Both the position numbers and the translations under genes were made by a program. A stretch of DNA of 61,391 bases, counting the filler, from Jimgerdemannia flammicorona (taxonomy: Eukaryota), in NCBI GenBank assembly GCA_003990765.1. It is 2 parts of 2 records of this genome, joined end to end, with 100 filler letters (N's around TTAATTAATTAA, not from the genome) between each part and the next. Parts side by side here need not be neighbours in the genome. Positions count along the whole stretch, not along the records: positions 30,760 to 61,391 come from RBNJ01000433.1; 1 more part is not named here. One strand, written 5' to 3'. The notes beneath the pieces are model-generated. The model had not been told where the DNA came from. It searched no databases and was given only the letters and a program-made list of their open reading frames with translations. Shown one piece after another: positions 38,760 to 50,819 of the stretch (its first letter is position 1; each line of letters starts with the position of its first letter).

Positions 38760-39850
38760 TCAGCTAATGTTCTGGCATCTGCATACACCCTCCTTTCTGT
38801 TCTATATTATAACACTCCTTACAATCAGAGTGGTCACCCTCTATAAGATGACCTGAACAAAAGTTGAGCATGATATTCTACCTCAGTAAGTGTCATCAAC
38901 CTACCTAGAACTTAGGTGGTAGCCATTGCTATGTCTCAACACTTTAGGTCCAGACTCTATTCCAGTTCTACCCCTCTCTAATACCTACCATCTGCCAGCT
39001 ACTAGAATATACATCCTATCCTAACTCTCTCTGGTACTCTATACTATCACTAATATTGAAGTTAATCAGTTGAGTACTCTCTAACAATACTTGATCTTAT
39101 CTCTATATCACTAGACCCCATGGCATCTCTCCCTTAGTCCCTTGCCAGTAAAGACCAATATGATATACCCCATTAACTACTCTCTACCAGAAGCTCTTAT
39201 ACTATATGCACCCACTGTTCCAAAGCCCAACCAGAGACAGAAGATCTCCTGTAGAGCCTCTTGGTGAGAACTTCATCTTCTAGACCTTTTTCTTCATTAG
39301 AACCTAGCTACCACCTCTCAGTTCCACAGTTCTCTTTAACCATCAAGCTCTCAGACAATATAATCTCTTTAGAAAGTCAACCAGTCCAAGGCCTCCTCTA
39401 TCTACTGGCAGTGACAGAATTTCCAAGCTAATCTGACTCTATCTCCCAGCCCAGATCCAATCTTTAGTTAGCTTCAATAGCCTCTTTACTACCCTGGCTG
39501 AAAAGTCCAGATAATATGCTAAATACCACAGCTTTGGCAGTCAGTAGACATTTAGGATTAAAACATGCTTCATGAGATATAGTAGTCTCTCCAGTTCCAC
39601 AGGGTCTTTCTCTAAATAGCTATCTGCTGCTTCTACTAAGTTCTAGATAGGACTGACCTATAGATCAAAAGATAGATGCCTAAGTACTACATGGCATCTC
39701 TAGCAGAGATAATTGTTCCAATGATATCCCCTCTTACCAGATAATTGTCCAACACTATTATTTCATACTTGTATTAGTTGAGTTTAGCCCCAGAGTATAC
39801 CTTATACTACTCTACTATTTCCTGAAGTACCCCAATATCTGCAATTGATC
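38760..39850 (-). mobile_element. Older LINE ORF2 fragment
   Basis: Similar to the post-RT region (LPKLWYLAYYLDF at ~39500-39545), heavily mutated. Confidence 0.65.
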
Positions 39851-40295
39851 AGGGTGGTTTTTTTGACTATATTTTTTATACAATTATTAAAATACTGATA
39901 GTTAAGAATAGTGAATTATTACAATACTGTATAGAGATAGATAAAAATAAATATAAAGCCAAAGCAATCATTACTTACTTTTAAAACTCTAACAATATTC
40001 CGTAGTATATCTCACTTACTTTTATCTATAATCTCACTCTATATTTCCTTATCAATAGTAACTATTGAATCTATTAGCTTTTTTTTTTTTTTTTTAAAAA
40101 AAAATTCTGTTTTGAAATTAATTAACAATCCTTGGTCATCCAAAATAATTTACTTCAGTAAATCCAAAAAAGAGTAAATATTATAGCAAACTTCAGTATA
40201 TACTGGATCATTATAAATATCAAGTTTTAATAGATATAGATATTCAATATCAGCTCTTTCAGGACTAAACTGATTATTCTATACTAAGCAGTAAA

Positions 40296-40664
40296 TAGTG
40301 CTCCCAACGAATCAAATCAAATTGAATTTGGCCCAAACTTGATTCAATTCGATTGAATCAAGAGTCCAATTTGATTCAATTCGAATCAAATCAAAGGTCC
40401 AATTCAATTCAAAGTTCAATTCGAACCTTAATTTTCAAAATGTAATATCTCGACGAAAACTCATCCAAATTTAACATATTCTAGCTTGTTAGATTCACCA
40501 TATTAATGTGATTCTAACAAGCTAAAGTACGTTAGATTTGGATGAGTTTATACTGAGTTATTGCATTTTGAAAATTAGGGGTTTGAATCAGACCCTCAAT
40601 TCAATTCAACTTTTGATTTGATTCAAATTGATTCAAATTGAAAAACCCCCAATTCGATTCGATT

Positions 40665-40704
<40 letters not shown>

Positions 40705-40939
40705 GTCACTTGGACTCCGCCTTTATTACCAGTCTATGAATGATTATACATCATTCCGACCCACTATCCAATCCCCACCGGGGGGCCCCTCCCTACTTCC
40801 TCACGAATGAAAATCACCCTTTCACCAATGACCCCCACCCTCCCCCCACTTTGCCTACAGATTTTCTCCACCAAATGGCGCCTCTGACCACCCCGCATTC
40901 AATTCGATTCAAATTGATTCAACTCATTTGGGAGCACTA
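40296..40939. mobile_element. Non-autonomous hAT-type element (MITE)
   Basis: TIR TAGTGCTCCCAA / TTGGGAGCACTA; 8-bp TSD GCAGTAAA (40288-40295, 40940-40947); pentamer subterminal repeats; central long hairpin. Confidence 0.9.
40667..40895 (-). mobile_element. Very short 5'-truncated LINE 3' end inside the hAT MITE
   Basis: Poly-T followed by ATAGTCACTTGGACTCCGCCTTTATTACCA, the family 3' terminus; CpG retained. Confidence 0.85.
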
Positions 40940-41899
40940 GCAGTAAATTTCTCTCATTATTATAGAGATGATCAGACTAATACAATTAGTTTGTACAGCT
41001 TAAAAACTATACTCAGAGATTTTCTACTTTCTGATGTTTTGTCTATATATGTATATAAGATAATCCTGAATAGCAAGATTCAATATATGGGCCTGATAAT
41101 ATATATAGTAGTTTTCTATACTAAAGGCTACATTTTTCTATTTAAGGCTAACTGTTAAAATTTGGAAAAATGTTGAGTTATTTGTAATATTTTCCATTAT
41201 AATGGTCAAAATCTATACTTGAAATATGTATTTAGGTGACAAATTTATGTCAAAATAAATAATCATTAAAATCTGTTTTATTTTAAGACTTTTCTCAAAT
41301 ACTGACCTAAAGGTAAGCCTTTTCTTTTTATCTTAGTTGTGATCCCAAGCTTCCAAATATCTAATAAAAGTATCTGCAATATTTTCTTTAGAATAAGAAC
41401 CAATAAGTTTGATGAAGTCAAGAATAAGAGATTTAAGTTACCAATAAAGATCAATCTAATGATCAGTAATACTCAGAAATGAAATTACATTAAGGGATAT
41501 CTATATATTGATTGTATATAAAATTCTGTCTGCCAAATTCTCTTTATTGAATATGAGATAAAATTGGTAAGTTCTTTATATATATATACATATAATTCAG
41601 CTTGTAATAATCATAGTATTGTTCTTATTTATTTATTTTACCTGAAGTATCTGGTAAAGATTGTCATGTCCTTTTCTATAGATCTCCAGAATATCTTTAT
41701 GAATAGTATCAGTACTTGGCAGATATAAATCATGCTTGAGAAGACCAAAGATACTATGCAATTGATCACTCTTAATGATTATAAATAGTTAGTCTGTATA
41801 TACCATCTAGTGAATGAGTCAATTTTGAAATTCTGGACTAAATATTTTTAATTAAATAGGATTATTGATACAGAAATAGTTGGGCAATCAGATAAATAT

Positions 41900-42397
41900 T
41901 GTAATAACTCTTATTTCTACCCCTCTCTTATCCTTTGAATAATCAGGGAAATAAGGTATTATTTAGAGACTTAGTATACAATATATACCAAGAAGCCTTC
42001 AGTGTAAAGAAGTGCTTACTTACATAAAAGTAGTTATAGTGACAATGCCTTTCTTATCCTTCTTATCAACCATAGTTATAAGAGACTTGTTCTTTGCTGT
42101 GCACAGACTGAATTCACCTTAGAATTCAGATTCAATTGGGGTTTATTTAAGTTTTTGTAATTTATATACTTATCTCAATTCTGGTAGAAGTTAGCTAGAT
42201 TTCTAAAGTTTAGTTAGAAACACTAAAGTCACTTAGATATTATTACTAAGACTCAGGAGAATAGATATGTAGAGAGGGGGCTTGATTCTTATATCAAGGA
42301 CTAAACTAAAACTGCTTTATTTTGAATAGAAATTGGGGGGTATTTATACAAGTTGGTTTGCAATTTTTGACTAAATATAAGTAACTAATTTGGTAAC
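41900..42397 (-). mobile_element. Partial LTR of the same Gypsy family, interrupted by a LINE
   Basis: TGTAATAACTCT...CTACCCCTCTCTTATCCTTTG matches 44336 and 52684; stops at AATTTGGTAAC where a poly-T tail begins. Confidence 0.9.
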
Positions 42398-44335
42398 TTT
42401 TTTTTTTATTTTATTTTTTTTTTATAGTCACTTAGACTCCTTTATTATGGAACTATCTAATAAAACAAGATCCTATCTGATAACTACTATAAACATAAAT
42501 ATAAAGAAGGGCCTATCAGCCAACTCCTTCTTTCCACCACACCCCCTTCTCACCAAGCACTAGGTGCTCTTGACTTTTCTGGACAATGTCTAGTATCTTT
42601 CTCATGGCTCCCAACTGGTACCTCTTCTCCTGATATCACCACCCTTACACTACTTCCAGAAGCAACCCCTTCCACCACTCCACCAATTTGCCAATCCCCA
42701 TCTAAGGATCCTTCTTGAACACCCATTGCCAGTGCACCACCATCAGGAACCAGATGCCAATAATCCAGCCTAGGCCCCCCCAAATGTCTCCAATCTCTCC
42801 CACCAGTCACCGCTTGACCACCCGACTAGTGGGGCCCCCTGCATGCTCACTTTTGCCACTTCAGTAGCTTTCTAACGTCTGCCAAAATCCCTCCACCTCT
42901 GGGCATACTGCCATGATATGCTCTAGTGTCTGCACCACCCCCCCATCTAGCTCACAACACTACTTGCATACCCTCACACCTTCAGCCTCCATCCACTCTG
43001 TCCTGTACCCCAGCATGACATTTCTCCACAAAAATCTCCACCATGCTACTCAGAACTTAGATGGTACAACCTTGAGCAATGAGGTCCTCCATCTCCCAAC
43101 CAGGCCCCACTCCCAATCCTCTCCAAACTCAGCCTTCTGCCAACCAACTGGCTATCTCTCAAGTGGACCCATCTGGATCCATTCCATTGCCCCAGACAGA
43201 GAGTATTCTGCCAACCAGTGACCACCAATATGAATATCACCAAGTTGCCACCATCTCTATTCCATGTCCTCCTCTTCACCCAGCTCTGGACCTATGAGGC
43301 CCATTGCCAGCCAAGCTTCCACAATGCCCCACCAGAACCCCCAGTACTGCAATCTGCTAACCCTTCCAACCTGTAGCAACCTATGCATATCCTTCTGAAC
43401 CTCACTATAGGGGCAAAACCTGACATCCCAATTGTCCATAGCTAGTTTTCCCCAACTATCCACTCTCAATTCTGCCAATCAACAACCCCACCAACCCTGA
43501 AGCACCTTCAGCCACCTCCGAAAATCCACCAACCCCAATCCACCATCTACTGTATGCATCACTACTGTCTCCCAACTAATCTGTAGTTTTCTTCCTTGCC
43601 ACAGCCATCCTTCTACTACCTTCTTCAGTTTCTGTACCACCCAACTAGGAAAGTCCAATGATACCCTAAATACCATAGCTTCGGTAGCCAATATACATTC
43701 AGAACTACAATTCTCCCCACTAAGGAGAAGCTCCTCCCTGACCAGCCCACCAAGGCATTCTCCCACTTCTGTATCATTCCACTCCACCACTCCTTCAGCA
43801 AAAATACTGAGAACCAGACACCTAGATATTGGACTGCCTCTCCTGTACAGTCCAGTTGACCAAAATGTCCATGTTCTCCCAAACCAGCTCTCAGCTCCAT
43901 AGTCTCACACTTGCCCCAATTCAGCTTCACCCCTGCCAGCCTCTCATACTGCCCCACTCCTTCCTACAAGCTTGCCATATTGGCCATACAGCCTAACCCT
44001 ACCATCATATTATCAGTAAAGACCCCTAGCTTCCAGACTACCTCCCCTATCTTCAGTCTGATGAGCCTTCTCTTCAGCCATACCAACAAAAGCTCTAAGA
44101 ATAAAATATAGAGTAGGGGCAAAAGAGGATCCCCCTATAGCATGCCTCTCTCCAAGACAAACTCTGGGCCACTCTACCTATTCATTAGCACTACAGCCCA
44201 GCAGCCTTGCACCAGGCCTATTAGTTTCTGAGCCTCTACTATACTGAACTCCACCTTCTGTAGAACTGCCTTCAAATAGTTCCACCTCACCCTATCATAT
44301 GACTTTCCTGATCTAAGAATACCATTCTCCCATTC

Positions 44336-45137
44336 TGTAATAACTCTCACATCTACCCCTCTCTTATCCTTTGGATAATTAGGGAAGTGGACTATTACTT
44401 AGAGACTTAGTATACAATGTGTACCAAGAAGCCTTCAGTTTAAGGAAGCGCTCGCTTGTAAGTAAGTATAGCTGCAGTGCCTTATCTTTCAAAGGTCTTT
44501 CTCAGATTTGCCTTCTGTTTCAAAGGTCTTTCTCTTGTGCTCTATTTCAAGGGCCTTGTTCTTTGCTGTGCATAGACTGAATTTGCCTTAGAATTCAGAT
44601 TCAATGGGTTTACTTAAGTCATTGTAATTTATATACTGATCTCAGTTCTGGCAGAAGTTAGCTAGGCTTCTGGAGTTTAGTCAGAAATACTAGAGTCACT
44701 TAGATGTCATTACTAAGACTCAGGAGAATGTGTGTGTGTGGGGGGAACTTGATTATTGTATCAAGGACTGAACTAAAACTGCTTTATTTCAGATGGAAAC
44801 TGGGGGTATTTATACAAGTTGGTCCACAATTTCTAACTAAGTATGAGTGACTAATTTGGTAACTATAATGAGGTTTGTGATTGTGATCTTTATTACATGG
44901 TTTTTGATAAAGAATATCTTTGTGATCAGGACCTCAATTACTAGGCAATGATCAGTAGCTGTGGCAACAGTTGCTGTGGTACTGATTGTCAGGGATAAGC
45001 TAGATATCGTTTTCTGCATCGTTTTGCATCATTCGCATCATTAGCATTGTTCATCATTTATATGTTGTACTTCATTCATATGATGATGTCATCGCCATCA
45101 GGTCACATAATCGTTCATCATGCCTCATTCTATTATA
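44336..45137 (-). repeat. 3' LTR
   Basis: TGTAATAAC...CTATTATA (CA end mutated); matches 52684-53455; carries an extra ~30-bp internal duplication. Confidence 0.95.
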
Positions 45138-45150
45138 TCTTTCCCTCCTT
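45138..45150 (-). promoter_or_regulatory. Polypurine tract
   Basis: AAGGAGGGAAAGA immediately 5' of the 3' LTR. Confidence 0.9.
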
Positions 45151-45979
45151 AGAAATCAACATCCTCATTGATTGAGAAATTGAGAACCAGAGGAGAGATA
45201 GGTGGGGAATCCTGTTCAGGGATGTTGGCATCTTCTTCAGTAGCAGGGGGGGTGGTGGTTGCTGATGGCTTGTTGTCTAGGATGGAGAAGTCAATGAGGT
45301 CTGCAAATAGTTCTTGTATTGGGATAGGTGCTAGTGTAGGGGTTCTCCATCTGATGCAGTTGAGGCCATCCAAGTAGAGTTCTTGGTCCTCATGCCTGGG
45401 AATATCCATTTGGATGGGTGGTCCTTCAAAGAGGTCAGAGAGGCCTTAGAGCCATTGGTCAGGGTTGTCATTCAGGAGGGGGCTCCAGTAGGGTTTGCAG
45501 TCAGTGGACTTGAGGGTGATCCAGGAGTTGGCTTCTTAGGCTACCTTGATTTCTAGTTCATCAACCTCGAAGAAGGAGAGGTTCTCGAAGTCCTTCAGTT
45601 GGACATAGTTGAGGTTGGAGATTGCAAAGGGTACATGGCACATGATTTGATAGACCTTCTTGGCAAGTCTTTGCTTGCTCCCATCTAGGTGGGTCCAATC
45701 GGAGACTTGGTCCATGGGCAAGTCCTTTGCCTGTTGGAGGAGTTGATGGCCAATCTCATATTCATGCCAGATCTCTAGGTGGCTGGTAGTAAGGTAGGCT
45801 CTTTCGATGACTTTACAGCAGTTGAGGACATAATGTCCTAGGTCCTGGCTGGAGAGGTCAAGGGCCTCTGAGCAGCAGTTCCTTTCTTAGATAGCCACCT
45901 GGATGTGTCCAAAGAGGCGATCAACCTGGCTTGGGAGGGGCCGGCTATGGTGGGCAGTTTAGTGGCAAGTAGCAGGCAT
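45149..45979 (-). pseudogene. Accessory ORF3 (~276 aa, unknown function) between pol and the 3' LTR
   Basis: Single reading frame from ATG 45979 to TAA 45149 with four internal TAA, each explicable as CAA>TAA; TATAAATA ~65 bp upstream; homolog at 5354-6181. Confidence 0.82.
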
Positions 45980-46604
45980 TCTTATCTTGTCCTTTTTTTT
46001 GTAAGGAGAGGGGGATGAGGGTTGCAGAGTATTCTTGCCTTGGGTATTTATACTTATTCACCTGTCTGATGTAACCTTCCTTTGGTCATGCTTTCTGGTA
46101 AAATGCATGACCTGTTGCTGTAAGTGGGGCATGTGCTGGTCACATGAGAAAATCCTGGTTTCGAAGATATCATCACTTGTAGTTATGGTTACACAGAGTT
46201 AACATGTCTTGGTCTTTTTTTTTTTTGTCTGGTTGGCACATTTGTGAGGACTGGCCATCCTTGTCTAGGGCGAGGGCTTCCATTGTTATGGCTGGGGGTT
46301 CAAACCTCTTGGAAATAGACTTTTCTTGTAATCTGAGGCAATTCCTAGTAACAATATCTATCACATAGATAGACTTAGACTGGTTTCAACATTGTCAGCT
46401 TTTCTAAGTTCCATATGAAGCATCCATCATCATCCAGTAGAGATGATACAGATAGCATGAACTGGAGTTATTCAAATGCATTTTGCTGTAATATGCTAGT
46501 CTTCTTGTTGGTTATCCATAGTATTCCTTTTTTCACAATGTTTGGTATTATATGTTTCTGGATAAGATATGTAGTATCCTTCTGCTCACTGTGTGCTCCA
46601 ATAC

Positions 46605-49600
46605 TTAGAGCTGCAGTTCCTTTCTTTGCTGGAGAGTGAGTGTTTCCATGTAGTTCTGGAGGGCTTTGCATGCATTCTTCAGGGCTTCTTCTTTTTCCCA
46701 GGTGGCATCATGGGTGGGGTAACCCTTCCACTTGATCAGGAAAAAGCACTTGACTGTTTTGGGATATTTGTGGACCTTGTGGTCAAGTACTTCCTCAATT
46801 TCGAATTTCTCATATCATTTATCCTAATTGGAAGTAGTGGTGGAATTGTATGCTCAGGGAATGGATTCTCATGGTAGTCCACCAATTGGCTGATATGGAA
46901 TACTGGGTGTACTTGGATATTGTGGGGAAGTTGCAACTTATAGTTGACTTCACTGATTTTTTCCATGATCTTGTATGGTTCAATTCTTCTAGTACAGAGT
47001 TTCTTGGCTGGTTGTTGTGCCAGGGTGTCTGGGTGGAGGTGGTCTGTTCTAAGCATGACTATGTCACCAATATTGTAGGAGGCTTCTCTTCACTTCAAGT
47101 TCACATACTTGGTCTGGTAGTCTTGTGCTTCTATGAGAGCATCTCTTGTCATTCGGATAAGGTCATAAATGGTCTAGGCCAGATCTTGGGCTGTTGGGAC
47201 TGCTGATTTTGTAGTAGTACTTGGGGTCCTCAGGTGTTGACCATGGTTCAGGAAGAATGGAGTCTTCTTTGTAGAGGTTTGCTGACTATTGTTGTAGACA
47301 AACTCAGCATGGACTAGGTATTTGTCCCAATCATTTTGCTTGTAACAACAGAAGATACTAAGCATCTGTTTGAGAGTCCTGTTGGTATGCTTGGTTTGAC
47401 CATCAGTCTGAGGGTGGTAGACAGTAGAGAACTTCAGCTTGGTTCTATGGAGAGAAAAAAATGCCTTCCAGAAGTTGCTTGTAAACTTGGCATCTCAGTC
47501 GAATACAATAGTACTAGGCATACTATGTAGCCTAAATACTTGATTGAGGAAAATCTTGGCAATCTCTAGTGCTATAGTGGTGGTCTTGGTGGGTACAAAA
47601 TAGGCTTATTTACTTAGGTGGTCCATGAATACCACAATGGTATCCCATCCTGCCTTGGTCTTAGGGAGTTGGACAATGAAGTCCATTGCAATCTGGTCCC
47701 AGTTGTGACTTGGGATAGATAAGGATTGCAGGAGTCTGGCTGGTAGCTTATTACCACTTTTAAACCTTTGGCACATCTCACATGAGGTCACAAAGTCTTT
47801 GATGTCCTTGGTCATCTTTGGTTAGTAGAACTCTCTTGAGAGGAGGTTGTAGGTTTTTTCGAAACCAAAATATCCTACTGCAGGAGTATCATGGAGTTCC
47901 TGTATAATCTTGAGCCACAGAGTATCATTGTTGGGTACAACCACTCTGTCATGGTCCCTGTAGATAGGTCCATCATGATAGGTGAATCTCTTAGCCATTT
48001 GCCTAATGGGTTCTAGAACCTCAGCCTCTGGATCTTGGCAGAATTGAAGAAAGTTTGTCAGGGGGCTGTCCTGCTGGTAGCCAACCTTGATCATTTGGGT
48101 AAGGTCTTCAATTACTTCGACCATGAAGACAAGTTCATCTTCTATGTACCTAGAGAAACCATCAGCCACATGGTTGGTTTTGCCTGGAATATACTTGATT
48201 TCAATATCAAATTTGGTAATGATTTCCATCCAGTGGGCTTGTCTGTGGGTCAGCATGAGCTGTATGTGAATATACCGCAATGCATGGTGATCAGTGTAGG
48301 CCACAAATGGCTGTCTTAGGAGGAAATGGCACCATTCCTGAAGTGCAGTGACAATAGCCAGGAGTTCTTTCTTGTGGGTAATATACCAGGTCTCAGCTGG
48401 CTTGAGCTTTTGGGAAAGGTAGGCCACTGAGCAGTCTTCTTGGCTGAGTACTGCCCCAATGGCAATGTCAGAGGCATCTGTGGTCAGAGTGAATGGTCTG
48501 GTAGGGTCAGGTATAATTAGCACTTGGGCCTCAGTAAGGAGTCTCTTGAGATGGTCCATAGCCAGAGTGTATTTGGGGGTCTATTTAGTTTTGATGTTCA
48601 CTTCTTTGTAGGCCAGGCTGGTTAGTGGGGCTGCAATAGCAGAGTATCCTTGGATAAACCTTTGGTAGTAACCAGCAATACCCAGAAAGCACTGGAGTAG
48701 CTTAAGGGTAGTAGGGATAAGGATATCCTTAAGGACTGATATCTTTTGGGGGTCTACATTGATACCTTCAGCAGAGATAATGTGTCCTAAGTATTCGATC
48801 TGGTCTTGATAGAACTTAGACTTGCTCATCTTGGCATAGAGCTGGTGTTCTTGCAAGAGGGTCAGTACTTGTCTGAGATGGGTGTAATGTAGCTCTACTG
48901 TCTCACTGTAGATTAGTATATTATCAATATATATAAGAATACAGATATTGAGGAGTGGTCCAAAGATGTCATTCATCAGATACTGGAATGTTGCTGGTGC
49001 ATTGGTCAATCCAAAAGGCATGACTCAGAACTGATAGTGTCCAAACTGTATTCAGAAAGCTGTCTTCTCAATGTCCTTCTCATCAATGAGAATCTGGTGG
49101 TAGCCATTTCACAAATCCAGTAGAGAAAGGTCTTGGCCTTGAAGATTTGGTATAGCAACTCATCAATCCTAGGTAAGACATACCGGTTCTTGATGGTGAT
49201 CTTGTTGAGGGCTCTATAGTTAATATACATTCACAGAGAGCCATCCTTCTTCTTGACAAATAGAATAGGGGCTCCAAATGGAGAGCAGCTGGGTTCAATG
49301 TATCCTTGGGCCAGTAGTTTAGTCAACTCATCCTTGAGGGTCTTGAGTTCAGGCTGGGCCAGTTGATAGATACTCTTGTATGGGGGTTCAGATCCTGGAA
49401 TAAGATCAATTCCATGTTGGATTTGGCACTTGGGTGGAAGTCCTTAGGGGTCTTAGAATATATCTTGGAATTCTTCAAACAGTTCTTGAGCTTCTGTTGG
49501 AATTGGGCTACTAGTAGCTTCAGTGACTTCTTGTACTATACAGATGAAGTAGATGTTTCCTTTTTTCAAGAAAGTCTCTTCATTTGAATGGCAGAGATCA

Positions 49601-50000
49601 TTTCGATTCCTTGGTAGTTAGTACCTTCCTGTGGTGTCAGAGTGATCTTTCTGCCTTCGTGAGTCAGGTTAACCTTGTTGGTTCTCCAGTTGATGTCTGG
49701 GTTGTGCTGGGTCAACCAGGCTTTTCCTAAGATAATATCTTGTCCTGGGAGGTCTACAATGCTGAAGTCTAACTTCTCTTGATATTTGCCAATCTTGAGC
49801 AAAAGATCTTTGCAGATCTTGGTCAATGGTACAGTTTTACCATCACCAAAGATAACACTTCTTTTCTCAGTAGCTGGTCTGCTTCAGGCTCCAATCCTCT
49901 TGGTGGTCTTGGTGCTGATGTAGTTTCCAGTAGCACTACTATCAAGCAAGACATTGATATTTTGTCTGTGGACTTGGCCTGTGAATTTGATGCAACTGTC
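46605..50000 (-). pseudogene. Gypsy pol: protease, RT, RNase H, integrase, chromodomain
   Basis: LLDSSAT, INYRALNK, MPFGLTNAPATFQ, YIDNILI, TTDASDIAIGAVL, NHVADGFSR, IAMDFI, YHPQTDGQT, and FEIEEVLDH...FLIKWKGYPTHDATWE. Confidence 0.95.
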
Positions 50001-50319
50001 CTCCTTTTTGATGGTATTGAGCTCTTTATCTTCATTGTTGTCCCAATTGCTGTCAGTCTCCTTGAAGTCAGTTTCTCCCCATCCTTCATAAGGAGGGTTA
50101 TCTTGTTTGGGTTCCTCAGTCTGTTGAGCTTGGCATTTCTTGGATTGAATTTTGAAAACTTTGGAGAGGCATATATGGCATTTACCAACATGTTCCATGC
50201 AGTACATTTGAATAAAATGAGGGCATTGTCCACATGATGCATAACCATCTGCAATTCTCTTATACCAGTTTTCATCATCTTCCTTCATAGTAGTGATCTT
50301 TTGACTAGGAGGTTTGTTG

Positions 50320-50725
50320 ATAGATCCAAACCCTTTCTTGCCATGGTCTGTCTGGGAGAGTTCAGAGACTTCTTCAATGGTGAGATCTTGATGAATTTCT
50401 TCAATAATTGTTTGGGCAATCCTTTGGCCTATTTGGACTTCAAATGATATGTCTCCAAAATTTTGCAAGATGACATGGATTTCACCAGTAAATCCTTGGT
50501 CAACTACTCCTCCTCCTAGTCCAATATTGAACTCTTTGGCTAGGCTGCTTCGCTCAGTAAGGCAGATGTATGTTCCTTTGGGGGCTTGCATTGCAATTCC
50601 TGTTTGCACTGTAGCATTGGTGCTTGGTGGAATAGTGAGGTCTTGACTGCTATAGAGATCATATCCAGCATTGGTTGGGTGGGCCTTAGTGGGGATGGTA
50701 GCCTTGTACCATAGCTTCTGTATTT
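50320..50725 (-). CDS. dut: dUTPase domain within the Gypsy polyprotein
   Basis: All five trimeric dUTPase motifs: AGYDL, RSS, GVVDQGFTGEI, RIAQ, HGKKGFGS (R>H); in frame with the upstream zinc knuckle and downstream protease. Confidence 0.93.
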
Positions 50726-50819
50726 TGATAACATTCTCAGAGTTCTTCTTTCCTGGGCCTTCTCTAATAACAGTAATGTTCTGGTTACTGGGTTCACCTG
50801 ATCTGTTTCTCTTCTTGGG

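Noticed and set aside
45149..45979. env gene
   Set aside because: No signal peptide, furin site or transmembrane segment visible.
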